NCBI RefSeq assembly: GCF_017403985.1
Contig: NZ_JAFRDE010000019.1
DNA from: Ruminococcus sp.
GTDB taxonomy: Bacteria > Bacillota > Clostridia > Oscillospirales > Acutalibacteraceae
DNA: 64,000 nucleotides
Direction: 5' to 3' (one strand)
Positions 8,798 through 17,852 of the stretch are shown in pieces. The notes under the pieces were generated by a model. That model ran no database searches. It worked only from the letters and a program-made list of their open reading frames with translations, and was not told the origin of the DNA. The translations under genes were made by a program, and so were the position numbers. The first letter of the stretch is position 1; each line of letters starts with the position of its first letter.

Positions 8798-9020
8798 CCG
8801 TATGAATGACTTAATGACAATGAATGAACCTCGGCTCTGCCGCATTATGCATCATACCTGTTCTGACCTGACCTAACCTTACCTAACCTTACCTAACCTA
8901 ACCTCGGGTTCCATTTGGGTTCCGTTTGGGTTCCAAAACGGTTCCGTATGAATTCACTAATCTTACCTAATCTATTCTAACCTAACCTGCGTATACGTTT
9001 TGTATACAATCTGTATACAT
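8798..9020 (-). other. Two stacked iteron-plus-pentamer modules resembling phage replisome-organiser origin cores
   Basis: GGTTCC core at 11-bp period (units at 8906, 8917, 8928, 8939); GTATAC at 11-bp period (8991, 9002, 9013); each array beside a CCTAA/CCTTA pentamer tract; CCGTATGAAT direct repeat at 8798 and 8944. Confidence 0.55.
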
Positions 9021-9049
9021 GAAAAACTGTGTGCTCGACAAACTTTTCT

Positions 9050-9236
9050 GTAGGGACGGCTATCGTCGTCTGAAACCCGTCGGGTATATTGATCTAACCG
9101 CGCAGCATATGAAAAACTTTCGTAGGGGATGGCGCTTGCGACATCCCGCACGGTATCAGCGCAGTTTTTCTATCTGCCGTTTTCGACAGTTGATGCGCCC
9201 GTCATTCTCGGGACGTTGTCGAGCGCCGTCCCCTAC
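9050..9236. repeat. GTAG-tagged REP cluster: degenerate single copy (9050) plus inverted doublet (9122-9236)
   Basis: GTAGGGGATGGCGCTTGCGACATCCCG ... CGGGACGTTGTCGAGCGCCGTCCCCTAC with conserved interior. Confidence 0.85.
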
Positions 9237-9263
9237 GGTGAAGTATCAGCGTGACAACAACAG

Positions 9264-9335
9264 TGTCATTGCGAGGGCAAAGCTCGCGGCAATCCCCTTG
9301 TCATTACGACCGGCTACCGGTGGAAGGGGATTACT
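9264..9335. repeat. GTCATTGCGA-type (family B) element, degenerate right arm
   Basis: TGTCATTGCGAGGGCAAAGCTCGCGGCAATCCCC. Confidence 0.75.
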
Positions 9336-9388
9336 CCTGTCACCCCAACCTGATTATTGTAGTTTATCTGATAACAAAAGGTCATAGC

Positions 9389-10174
9389 ATGGAACTTATT
9401 TCTTCAAAAGAAAATAAAAAAATCAAATATCTGAAAAAGCTGTCTTCCTCGGCGTCCTTCCGCAGGGAAGAGGACGTTTTTACCGTCGAGGGAACGCGGC
9501 TGTGCGCCGACGCCGTCAAAAGCGGAGCTGAGATCGTGTCCGCGTTCTTTTCCGAGACCTTTGTCGGAAAACACGGCGTTTTTGTCGACAAAGCGCGTCA
9601 GAACGCGGGGGAGGCCTTTGTGCTCAGGGACAGCCTCTTTTCATCCGTGTCCGATACCAAGACCCCGCAGGGCGTATTGTTTGTCATAAAAAGACTTGAC
9701 AAAAGCCTCGACTTTGATAGAATAAAGGATAATGGAAAAGTATTGGCTTTGGAAACCGTGCAGGACCCCGTCAACCTCGGCACCATCCTCAGAACCGCCG
9801 AGGCGTTCGGTATCGGCGCGGTCGTTCTCACGCGTGATTGCTGCGATATCTACTCGCCGAAAGCGGCGCGCGGCAGCATGGGAGCCGTGTTCCGTCTGCC
9901 CTTTATGATCACCGACGACCTGCCCGCGTTTATCGAAGATTTCAACGCCTTCGGTACCTCCTACGCGGCGGTGCTGGATAAAGATTCCGTTTCCTTGAAC
10001 GACTGTTCGTTTGAGGGAGCGGCGCTCGCCGTTGTCGGCAACGAGGGCAACGGTCTGACTCCTGACACGGTCAAAGCCTGTACCCACAAGCTGTATATTC
10101 CGATGAGCGGCAAAGCGGAGTCGCTGAACGTGTCCGCCGCCGCCGCGATCATTCTCTGGGAAATGAACCGATGA
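9389..10174 (+). CDS. TrmH/SpoU family RNA methyltransferase
   Basis: QDPVNLGTILRTAEAFG, VGNEGNGL, IPMSGKAESLNVSAA motifs. Confidence 0.92.
   Translation: MELISSKENKKIKYLKKLSSSASFRREEDVFTVEGTRLCADAVKSGAEIVSAFFSETFVGKHGVFVDKARQNAGEAFVLRDSLFSSVSDTKTPQGVLFVIKRLDKSLDFDRIKDNGKVLALETVQDPVNLGTILRTAEAFGIGAVVLTRDCCDIYSPKAARGSMGAVFRLPFMITDDLPAFIEDFNAFGTSYAAVLDKDSVSLNDCSFEGAALAVVGNEGNGLTPDTVKACTHKLYIPMSGKAESLNVSAAAAIILWEMNR
9696..9723 (+). promoter_or_regulatory. Intragenic sigmaA promoter candidate inside trmH (upstream of dprA-topA)
   Basis: TTGACA(9696)-16 nt-TAGAAT(9718) with extended TG, in an AT-rich patch. Confidence 0.5.
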
Positions 10175-11280
10175 CCAACGCGACAAAGTATTTTATTTGG
10201 CTCAGTCTGGCGCTCGGCTACAGTTCGCCGAAGTGCAAGGCTCTGCTGTCGATCTATCCGGATATCGCCGATTTCTTCAACGGCGGCGAACGGGAGTGGC
10301 GGCTGTCCGGCGTGCTGAACGCCAAGGATATCGCCGCTCTGGAGGATACGCCGATCGGGAAAGCATATGAGGTGATCGCGCGGTGCAACGAGCTGGGGAT
10401 CAGCATCATATCGCTCGACGATCCGGGCTATCCCGCAAAGCTGAAGGATATTTACGACCCTCCTGCCGTATTATATATGAAAGGGCATATGCCCGATTTT
10501 GAGCGGCGGTTGAGCATCGCCGTCGTCGGCACGCGCAACGCGACCGCCTACGGGAAGATGACCTCCCATGTCCTCGCGGGTTCGCTCGCGAAGGTGGGCG
10601 TGATCATCGTCAGCGGCGGCGCGCTGGGCATCGACAGTCTCAGCCACACCGCGGCGCTCGAGACCAGCGGCGTGACCGTCTGCGTCTTAGGCTGCGGGAT
10701 CAATTATCCGTACCTGATGAGCAACGCCGTATTGCGTAAAAACATCGCCGGGCGCGGCGCGGTACTGTCCGAGTACCCGCCCGACTACCCGCCGGGCAAA
10801 TATACCTTCCCTGAGCGCAACCGCATCATCTCCGGACTGTCCGACGGCGTTCTGGTGGTGGAAGCGGGGGAGAAGAGCGGCTCGCTGATCACGGCGCGTA
10901 CCGCACTGGAACAGAACCGCGACGTTTTCGCGGTAATGGGCAATATCACCTCGCCCTATTCGCAGGGGACAAACGCCCTGATCAAGGAGGGTGCAATCCC
11001 TGTCACGGACTACACCGATATTATCAACTATTATCCGCAGTTTTCGCTTGAGGGCGAGCCCGACGATATGGTGCAGGATATCCCCAAGCATAAAACCGAT
11101 ATCGACGTTTCCGACGAGGCGAAAAAGGTCTATCACGCCGTCACCGCCGAGCCCGTCCATATCGATACCGTCACTGCCGCCTGCGGTCTGCCGGTGAACG
11201 TCGTATTACAGGCGCTGACCGAGCTGGAGCTCGAAGGGCTGATCAAAGCCGATAAGGGCAGGATGTACCGTTTACTGTGA
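10171..11280 (+). CDS. dprA: DNA-processing protein DprA
   Basis: AVVGTRNAT, VSGGALGIDS, FPERNRIISGLS, VEAGEKSGSLITA; C-terminal winged helix. Confidence 0.95.
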   Translation: MTNATKYFIWLSLALGYSSPKCKALLSIYPDIADFFNGGEREWRLSGVLNAKDIAALEDTPIGKAYEVIARCNELGISIISLDDPGYPAKLKDIYDPPAVLYMKGHMPDFERRLSIAVVGTRNATAYGKMTSHVLAGSLAKVGVIIVSGGALGIDSLSHTAALETSGVTVCVLGCGINYPYLMSNAVLRKNIAGRGAVLSEYPPDYPPGKYTFPERNRIISGLSDGVLVVEAGEKSGSLITARTALEQNRDVFAVMGNITSPYSQGTNALIKEGAIPVTDYTDIINYYPQFSLEGEPDDMVQDIPKHKTDIDVSDEAKKVYHAVTAEPVHIDTVTAACGLPVNVVLQALTELELEGLIKADKGRMYRLL

Positions 11281-11283
11281 TTT

Positions 11284-11341
11284 GGGTGAACGGTGAATAG
11301 TGAATGGTGAATGGTTTCGGGAGGACTCCGTCCTCACCTGA
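11284..11341. repeat. (GGTGAAT)n heptamer tract plus family D hairpin variant
   Basis: GGTGAACGGTGAATAGTGAATGGTGAATGG followed by CGGGAGGACTCCGTCCTCACCTG. Confidence 0.7.
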
Positions 11342-11389
11342 TTCCTATTTGAATATATTGAGAAAACAGAAACATACGGAGGACAAATA

Positions 11390-13459
11390 ATGTCTAATCT
11401 TGTCATCGTGGAGTCGCCCGCCAAGGCGAAAACCATCAAAAAATATCTCGGTAAGGACTATGACGTCGTAGCCTCGATGGGACACGTCAGGGATCTTCCC
11501 TCGGCACGCCTGAGCGTCGACGTCAACAATGATTTCGAGCCGAAATATGAGATCATCAAGGGAAAGGAAAAGCTGGTCGGCGAACTGCAGGATAAAGCGA
11601 AGAAGTCCGATAAAGTCTATCTCGCGACGGACCCTGATAGAGAGGGTGAAGCGATCTCGTGGCATCTGGCTTATCTGCTCGATCTGCCGCTCGACGAGAT
11701 CGACCGTGTCGAGTTCAACGAGATCACCAAGAACGGCATCAAAGCCGGTATGGAGGCGCCGCGCACCATCAATATCGATCTGGTCAACGCACAGCAGGCG
11801 CGCCGTATCCTCGACCGTCTGGTGGGCTATAAGCTCAGCCCCTTTGTCTCCCAGAAGATCCATCGCGGACTCTCCGCCGGACGCGTCCAGTCCGTCGCGG
11901 TACGCATCATCGTCGACCGCGAGAACGAGATCCGCGCGTTCAAGCCCGAGGAGTACTGGACGATCGACGCCAAATTCATCCCCAAGGGCTCGCGCAAAGC
12001 GTTTTCCGCATCCCTCTACGGCGACAAGAACGGCAAGATCAAGATCAAGAACAAAGAACAGTCTGATAAAATACTCTCGGATTTAGAGGGCGCCGATTTC
12101 ATCATCACCAAGGTGAAGAACGGCACCCGCAAGAAATCTCCCGCGCCGCCCTTCATCACCTCCACCTTACAGCAGGAGGCGTCAAGAAAGCTCAACTTCC
12201 AGTCTCGCCGCACCATGAAGGTCGCGCAGGAGCTGTATGAAGGCGTAGAGTTAGAGGGCATCGGCGCGATGGGTCTGATCACCTATATGCGTACCGACTC
12301 GCTCCGCGTGTCCAACGACGCGATCAGGGACGCCCAGACCTATATCCGCGATACCTACGGCGACAAATATCTGCCGCCCAAGCCCCGCTATTATAAGTCC
12401 CGCGCCGGCGCACAGGACGGTCACGAGGCGATCCGTCCCTCCGCACCGTCCATCACCCCCGCGCAGATCAAGGGCAGCCTGACCAACGATCAGTATAAGC
12501 TGTATAAGCTGATCTGGGAGCGCTTTATGGCTTCTCAGATGGCTGACTGCATCCAGAAGACCACGCAGGCGGACATCGAGGGCAACGGCTATATCTTCAA
12601 GGCGGCGGGCTACCGCGTCGATTTCGACGGCTTTACTACCCTGTATGTGGAGAGCAGGGACGAAGAAGACGACAAGGACAACCGCATCCTCTCGCTCGAG
12701 AAGGATACGCCCTGCAAGGCGAAAGAACTGCTGGGCAATCAGCACTTCACCCAGCCTCCGGCGCGCTTTACCGAAGCGTCGCTGATCAAGGCGCTTGAAG
12801 AGTACGGCATCGGCAGACCTTCTACCTACGCCGCGACCATCTCCACCATCACCTCCCGCGAATATGTCAAGCGTGAGGGCAAGACGCTGGTACCCACCGA
12901 GCTGGGCGAAGCGCTTGCGGGGCTTATGAAGGAGCGCTTCCCGAAGATCGTCAACGTGAAGTTCACCGCCCAGATGGAGGAACAGCTCGACGCCGTCGAG
13001 CGCGGCGAAACCGAGTGGGTGGAGCTGCTGCGGGAATTCTATACCGATTTCGACAAGACCCTGAAAAAGGCGAAAACCGATATGCAGGGCGTGAAGATAC
13101 AGCTCGAGGAGGACAAGACGGACATCATCTGCGAAAAATGCGGCAGACAGATGGTCGTCAAGGTCGGACGCTACGGCAAGTTCATCGCCTGCCCCGGCTA
13201 CCCCGAGTGCAAGAACGTCAAAAAATACGTGGAGAACGTAGGCGTAAAATGCCCCAAGTGCGGCGGCGACGTGATCGTCAAACGCTCCGGCAAGGGCAAG
13301 ACCTTCTACGGCTGTTCCAATTATCCGGACTGCGATTTCGTATCGTGGTATGAGCCCGTCGATCAGCGCTGTCCCAACTGCGGCGACATCCTCTTCAAGC
13401 GCAAAGGCAAGAAGGGCGGCGTTTTCTGCCAGCACGAGGGCTGCGGATATAAGAAATAA
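11390..13459 (+). CDS. topA: DNA topoisomerase I
   Basis: IVESPAKAKTI, ATDPDREGEAI, SAGRVQS, LITYMRTDS; C-terminal zinc ribbons. Confidence 0.97.
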   Translation: MSNLVIVESPAKAKTIKKYLGKDYDVVASMGHVRDLPSARLSVDVNNDFEPKYEIIKGKEKLVGELQDKAKKSDKVYLATDPDREGEAISWHLAYLLDLPLDEIDRVEFNEITKNGIKAGMEAPRTINIDLVNAQQARRILDRLVGYKLSPFVSQKIHRGLSAGRVQSVAVRIIVDRENEIRAFKPEEYWTIDAKFIPKGSRKAFSASLYGDKNGKIKIKNKEQSDKILSDLEGADFIITKVKNGTRKKSPAPPFITSTLQQEASRKLNFQSRRTMKVAQELYEGVELEGIGAMGLITYMRTDSLRVSNDAIRDAQTYIRDTYGDKYLPPKPRYYKSRAGAQDGHEAIRPSAPSITPAQIKGSLTNDQYKLYKLIWERFMASQMADCIQKTTQADIEGNGYIFKAAGYRVDFDGFTTLYVESRDEEDDKDNRILSLEKDTPCKAKELLGNQHFTQPPARFTEASLIKALEEYGIGRPSTYAATISTITSREYVKREGKTLVPTELGEALAGLMKERFPKIVNVKFTAQMEEQLDAVERGETEWVELLREFYTDFDKTLKKAKTDMQGVKIQLEEDKTDIICEKCGRQMVVKVGRYGKFIACPGYPECKNVKKYVENVGVKCPKCGGDVIVKRSGKGKTFYGCSNYPDCDFVSWYEPVDQRCPNCGDILFKRKGKKGGVFCQHEGCGYKK

Positions 13460-13464
13460 ATTTC

Positions 13465-13533
13465 AGTTAGGAGTGAGGAGTTAGGAGTGAGGAGTTATAA
13501 AAACTGACAACTGCTAACTGCTAACTGCCAACT
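13465..13533. repeat. Facing heptamer tracts forming an imperfect inverted repeat
   Basis: (AGTTAGG/AGTGAGG)x4 then (AACTGCT-like)x4 directly before the trmFO ATG. Confidence 0.75.
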
Positions 13534-14850
13534 ATGGATAAAGTAACCGTCATCGGCGCGGGGTTAGCCGGCTGTGAGGCGGCTTATCAGCTGTCAAAGC
13601 GCGGCGTTCACGTCGATCTGTATGATTCCAAACCGAATAAGAAAAGCCCCGCGCACCATTCCGATCAGCTCTGCGAGATCGTTTGCTCCAACTCCTTCAA
13701 GGCGAACCGCGTGAATTCCGCGGCGGGTCTGCTGAAGGAAGAGATGCGCACCCTCGGTTCCCTGTTGTTACAGTGCGCCGACCGATGCGCCGTTCCCGCG
13801 GGAGGCGCGCTTGCGGTCGACCGCGAGCAGTTCTCCGCGATGGTGACGGAGCATATCCTGAACGATCCGAACATCACCTATATCCCCGAAGAGCTGACCG
13901 CGATCCCCGAAGAGGGCGTGGTGATCGTCGCGACGGGTCCCCTGACCCACGACGCGCTCGCAAAAGATATCGCTGCGCGTTACGGCGCGAGCCTGCGCTT
14001 CTTTGACGCGGCGGCTCCCATCGTCGCGGCGGACTCCATCGACATGGAGCACGCGTTTTACGAATCGCGCTACGGCAAGGGCGGGGGAGAGGACTACCTC
14101 AACTGCCCGATGAACAAGGCGGAATACGAGGCGTTCTATGAGGCGCTTGTCAGCGCCGAACGCGCTCCCGTGCACGAATTCGACGTGATGAATCCCAAGG
14201 TCTACGAGGGCTGTATGCCCATCGAGGTGATGGCGCAGCGCGGCGTGGACACCGTGCGCTTCGGACCCATGAAGCCGGTCGGTTTACGTGATCCGCGTAC
14301 CGGTCACCGTCCGTGGGCGGTGCTGCAATTACGCAAGGAGAACGCCGCCGGCACGATGTACAACCTCGTCGGCTTCCAGACGAATCTGAAGTTTGGCGAG
14401 CAGAAGCGGGTCTTTTCCATGATCCCCGCTCTGAGTCACGCGGAGTTTCTGCGCTACGGTGTGATGCACCGCAACACCTTCATCAATTCTCCGAAGATCC
14501 TCAACTCGGATTATTCTGATAAAGAAAATAAATCCCGTTTCTTCGCCGGTCAGCTCACCGGCGTGGAGGGCTATATGGAGAGCGCTTCATCGGGACTTCT
14601 TTGCGGCATCAACGCCGCGAGACTGCTCAGCGGTCAGGATACCGTCACCCTGCCGCCCACCACCATGATGGGCGCGATGGCGCGCTATATCAGCGATCCG
14701 TTCGTGACCGATTTCCAGCCGATGGGCGCGAACTTCGGGATCCTGCCGGAGCTTACGCACCGTCCCCGCGATAAAGCGGAGCGCGGACAGGCGTACGCCG
14801 ACCGCTCGCTGGAGGATTTGAAGTTGTTCATCAAAGAGAATAACATATAG
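13534..14850 (+). CDS. trmFO: tRNA (uracil-54) FADH2-dependent methyltransferase
   Basis: IGAGLAGCEAA, EIVCSNSF, FGPMKPVGL, GFQTNLKFGEQKRVF, GVEGYMES. Confidence 0.96.
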   Translation: MDKVTVIGAGLAGCEAAYQLSKRGVHVDLYDSKPNKKSPAHHSDQLCEIVCSNSFKANRVNSAAGLLKEEMRTLGSLLLQCADRCAVPAGGALAVDREQFSAMVTEHILNDPNITYIPEELTAIPEEGVVIVATGPLTHDALAKDIAARYGASLRFFDAAAPIVAADSIDMEHAFYESRYGKGGGEDYLNCPMNKAEYEAFYEALVSAERAPVHEFDVMNPKVYEGCMPIEVMAQRGVDTVRFGPMKPVGLRDPRTGHRPWAVLQLRKENAAGTMYNLVGFQTNLKFGEQKRVFSMIPALSHAEFLRYGVMHRNTFINSPKILNSDYSDKENKSRFFAGQLTGVEGYMESASSGLLCGINAARLLSGQDTVTLPPTTMMGAMARYISDPFVTDFQPMGANFGILPELTHRPRDKAERGQAYADRSLEDLKLFIKENNI

Positions 14851-14866
14851 GCTGCCGAAGTTTAAA

Positions 14867-15024
14867 CTGTCATTGCGAAGCCCGAAGCCTCCCTTCAGGG
14901 AGGTGCCGCGAGTATGCGGCAGGCTGTGGCAATCCCCTTGCCGTAGATGTCGGTTGCAGTGACTGAAAGGTACAGTCCCTCTTTGTGGGATTGCCACGGT
15001 CGCTTTGCTCCCTCGCAATGACAG
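14867..15024 (-). repeat. Family B element (long arm), interior reversed
   Basis: CTGTCATTGCGAAG...GGCAATCCCC...GTACAGTCCCTCTTTGTGGGATTGCC...CTCGCAATGACAG. Confidence 0.9.
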
Positions 15025-15063
15025 CAATAATGATAGATAATTCTAAGATAAGGATTTGGTAAT

Positions 15064-16080
15064 ATGAAAATCATCGTAGACGCGTTCGGCGGCGACAACG
15101 CCCCGCTCGAAATCATCAAAGGCGCCGTAGACGCCAAACAGGAATACGGCGTGGATATCCTCCTCGTCGGCGACGAGGCGACCATCCGCAAGGTTGCGGC
15201 AGAAAACGGGATCAGCCTCGACGGCATCGCGCTGTATCACGCGCCCGACGTCTTCACCAACGACGATCAGCCGTCCTCCATCCGATCCAAGACGAAGGCG
15301 AATACCTCCCTTGCGACGGGCTTCCGCCTGCTCAAGGAGGGAGAGGGCGACGGCTTTGTATCCGCCGGCAACTCCGGCGCGATCGGCGCGGGCTCGATGT
15401 TCATCGTCAAGCGCATCAAGGGCATCAAGCGCGTCGCGTTCGCTCCCGTCATTCCGACCGCGAGCGGCAGGGCAATGGTCATCGACAGCGGCGTCAATAC
15501 CGACGTCCGTGCGTCTGTTTTACAGCAGTTCGCGATCATGGGCTCCGTCTACATGGACAAGGTCATGGGTGTGAAGAATCCCCGCGTGGGACTCGCCAAC
15601 GTCGGCACCGAGGAGCATAAGGGCGACGAGTTAAGACAGGAGACCTACAAGCTCCTGCAGAAAACGCCCGTCAACTTTATCGGCAACGTTGAAGGACGCG
15701 ATATCCCGCTCGACGGCGCCGACGTCGTCGTATGCGACGGCTTTACCGGCAACATGATCATCAAGACCTACGAGGGCGTCGCTTTGGCCCTGCTCGGTAA
15801 GCTCAAGGGCATTTTCAAGAAGAGCCTCAAGAATAAGCTCGCCGCGGCGATGGTGCTGGGCGATATGAAAGCGTTCAAGAAAGAAATGGATATGGACGAG
15901 TTCGGCGGCGCGCCGGTGCTCGGCTGTTCCAAGCCCGTTTTCAAGGCGCACGGCAGCGCCAACGCCAAGACCATCAAGAACGCCGTCCGCGTCTGTATGG
16001 GCTATGTCGGCAACGACGTCATCGGTACCGTGACCGAAGCGCTCGCGAGCATCGCCGTCGATGAGGAAGAGGCAGAGTAA
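15064..16080 (+). CDS. plsX: Phosphate acyltransferase
   Basis: IVDAFGGDNAP, VSAGNSGA, NVGTEEHKG, NVEGRD, VVCDGFTGN, KAHGSA. Confidence 0.96.
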   Translation: MKIIVDAFGGDNAPLEIIKGAVDAKQEYGVDILLVGDEATIRKVAAENGISLDGIALYHAPDVFTNDDQPSSIRSKTKANTSLATGFRLLKEGEGDGFVSAGNSGAIGAGSMFIVKRIKGIKRVAFAPVIPTASGRAMVIDSGVNTDVRASVLQQFAIMGSVYMDKVMGVKNPRVGLANVGTEEHKGDELRQETYKLLQKTPVNFIGNVEGRDIPLDGADVVVCDGFTGNMIIKTYEGVALALLGKLKGIFKKSLKNKLAAAMVLGDMKAFKKEMDMDEFGGAPVLGCSKPVFKAHGSANAKTIKNAVRVCMGYVGNDVIGTVTEALASIAVDEEEAE

Positions 16081-16754
16081 TGAAGGATTTACAGGAAGCC
16101 ATCGGCTACACGTTCCGTGATCCCGCTTTGTTGACCGAAGCGCTGACCCATTCCTCTTACGCGCACGAGCAGCATAAAAACATGAAGTACAACGAACGGC
16201 TCGAGTTCCTCGGCGACGCGGTGCTGTCGATCGTTGTCTCCGACTATATCTATAAGCACTGTCCGAACCTCCCCGAGGGCGAGCTGACGAAGCTGCGCGC
16301 CTCGCTGGTGTGTGAAAAGAGCCTGTTCGATTTCGCAAAGCAGATCGACCTCGGCTCCTACCTGCGCCTTAGTAACGGCGAACGCCGCAACGGCGGCGCC
16401 AAGCGTCCGTCCATCGTGTCCGACGCGTTCGAGGCGCTGATCGCCGCGATCTATCTCGACGGCGGCATGGAGGCAGCGGAGCGGCATATTCTGCGCTTTG
16501 TCGTGCCGGAGATCGAACAGCATAAGAACCGCTCGTTCAAGGATTATAAGACCGCTTTGCAGGAGATCATCCAGAAGAACCCCGGTGAGAAGTTAGAGTA
16601 CCGTCTGGTTGGCTCCACCGGTCCCGACCACGATAAGCACTTCAAGGTCGAGGTCCTGCTGAACAGTAACGTCATCGGCAGGGGAGGCGGCCGCTCCAAG
16701 AAGGAAGCGGAACAGCAGGCGGCAAGAGAAGCGCTCGAGCTGATGGGTTATTAA
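16080..16754 (+). CDS. rnc: Ribonuclease III
   Basis: ALTHSS, NERLEFLGDAVL, DAFEALIAAIYLD, DYKTALQE dsRBD. Confidence 0.97.
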   Translation: MKDLQEAIGYTFRDPALLTEALTHSSYAHEQHKNMKYNERLEFLGDAVLSIVVSDYIYKHCPNLPEGELTKLRASLVCEKSLFDFAKQIDLGSYLRLSNGERRNGGAKRPSIVSDAFEALIAAIYLDGGMEAAERHILRFVVPEIEQHKNRSFKDYKTALQEIIQKNPGEKLEYRLVGSTGPDHDKHFKVEVLLNSNVIGRGGGRSKKEAEQQAAREALELMGY

Positions 16755-16758
16755 AGAT

Positions 16759-17763
16759 ATGCCGAAGCACGCGAACGTCGCCTTATTCATCCCCTTCAAC
16801 GGCTGTCCGCACCGGTGCTCCTTCTGCGACCAGCGCAGTATCACCGGCATGGCGTACCAGCCGACCCCGCAGGACGTCAGGAGCGCGGTCATGACTGCGC
16901 TTGATTCTTTAAAAGAAAATTCGATTCACAGCGAGATCGCCTTCTTCGGCGGCAGCTTTACCGCGATCGACAGGGAATATATGCTTTCTCTGTTAGAGGC
17001 GACCGTTCCTTATATCGACCGCTTCAAGGGCATCCGCATCTCCACCCGTCCCGACTGTATCGATGAGGAAGTGCTTTCTCTGCTGAAGACCTATCACGTC
17101 ACGTCGATCGAGCTCGGCGCCCAGAGCATGAGCGACACGGTGCTGGCGGCGAACGACCGCGGACATACCGCACGGGACGTCCGTGTTGCGTCAAGGCTGA
17201 TCAAAGAATTCGGCTTTGAACTCGGTCTGCAGATGATGACGGGATTGTACAAAAGTACGCCCGAATCGGATATCGAAACGGCGCGGCGGTTTATTGAATT
17301 GAAGCCCGCGACCGTGCGCATCTATCCGACCGTCGTGATGAAGGGCACGCGCTTGGGCGAGCTGTATGAAGCGGGCATTTATCAGCCGCAGACCTTGGAG
17401 GAAGCGATCGAGCTGACTGCTCGTTTGCTGACGATGTTCGATGAAGCGGATATCAACGTCATCCGCGTCGGTCTGCACGACAGTGAGAGCCTGAAAGAAA
17501 ACAGGCTCGCGGGACCGTATCACCCCGCGTTCAAAGAGCTGTGCGAGAGCCGTATCATGCTCGATAAGGCAGTTGAATTATTGAAAGAACTGCCGCGCGG
17601 TGTTTACACCCTGCGTGTGAACCCGAAAAGCCGCTCCAAGATGACCGGCAACAAAAAAATGAATCTTACCGCACTGAAAGAGCGCGGTTACGATATAAAG
17701 CTCGAAGAAGACGAAACCTTAGCGGACAAAGAGATAGAGCTCGACCTTAAACATGCGTTTTAA
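16759..17763 (+). CDS. Radical SAM protein (Elp3/YhcC-like, function unassigned)
   Basis: CPHRCSFC CxxxCxxC motif, FFGGSFT, STRPD, ELGAQS. Confidence 0.88.
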   Translation: MPKHANVALFIPFNGCPHRCSFCDQRSITGMAYQPTPQDVRSAVMTALDSLKENSIHSEIAFFGGSFTAIDREYMLSLLEATVPYIDRFKGIRISTRPDCIDEEVLSLLKTYHVTSIELGAQSMSDTVLAANDRGHTARDVRVASRLIKEFGFELGLQMMTGLYKSTPESDIETARRFIELKPATVRIYPTVVMKGTRLGELYEAGIYQPQTLEEAIELTARLLTMFDEADINVIRVGLHDSESLKENRLAGPYHPAFKELCESRIMLDKAVELLKELPRGVYTLRVNPKSRSKMTGNKKMNLTALKERGYDIKLEEDETLADKEIELDLKHAF

Positions 17764-17800
17764 CCTTAGCAAAAAACGTAATGAGAAACGGAGCTCTTTA

Positions 17801-17827
17801 AAGGCTCCCTTTGGGAAAGGGAGCCTT
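17801..17827. repeat. Family A hairpin (single)
   Basis: AAGGCTCCCTTTGGGAAAGGGAGCCTT. Confidence 0.65.
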
Positions 17828-17852
17828 ATCAAGCATCCTAAATGAGGTACCT

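Noticed and set aside
8858-8988. TTAGG/CCTAA runs as insect-type telomeric repeat or eukaryotic contamination
   Set aside because: Short, degenerate and interleaved with 11-bp iteron arrays in seamless bacterial context; better explained as a VRLGK-type coding linker
9019-9387. 122-aa ORF across the REP cluster (and similar small ORFs at 14895, 24936, 28325, 43234, 52123, 54295, 57879)
   Set aside because: Composed of repeat sequence, with no RBS or protein features
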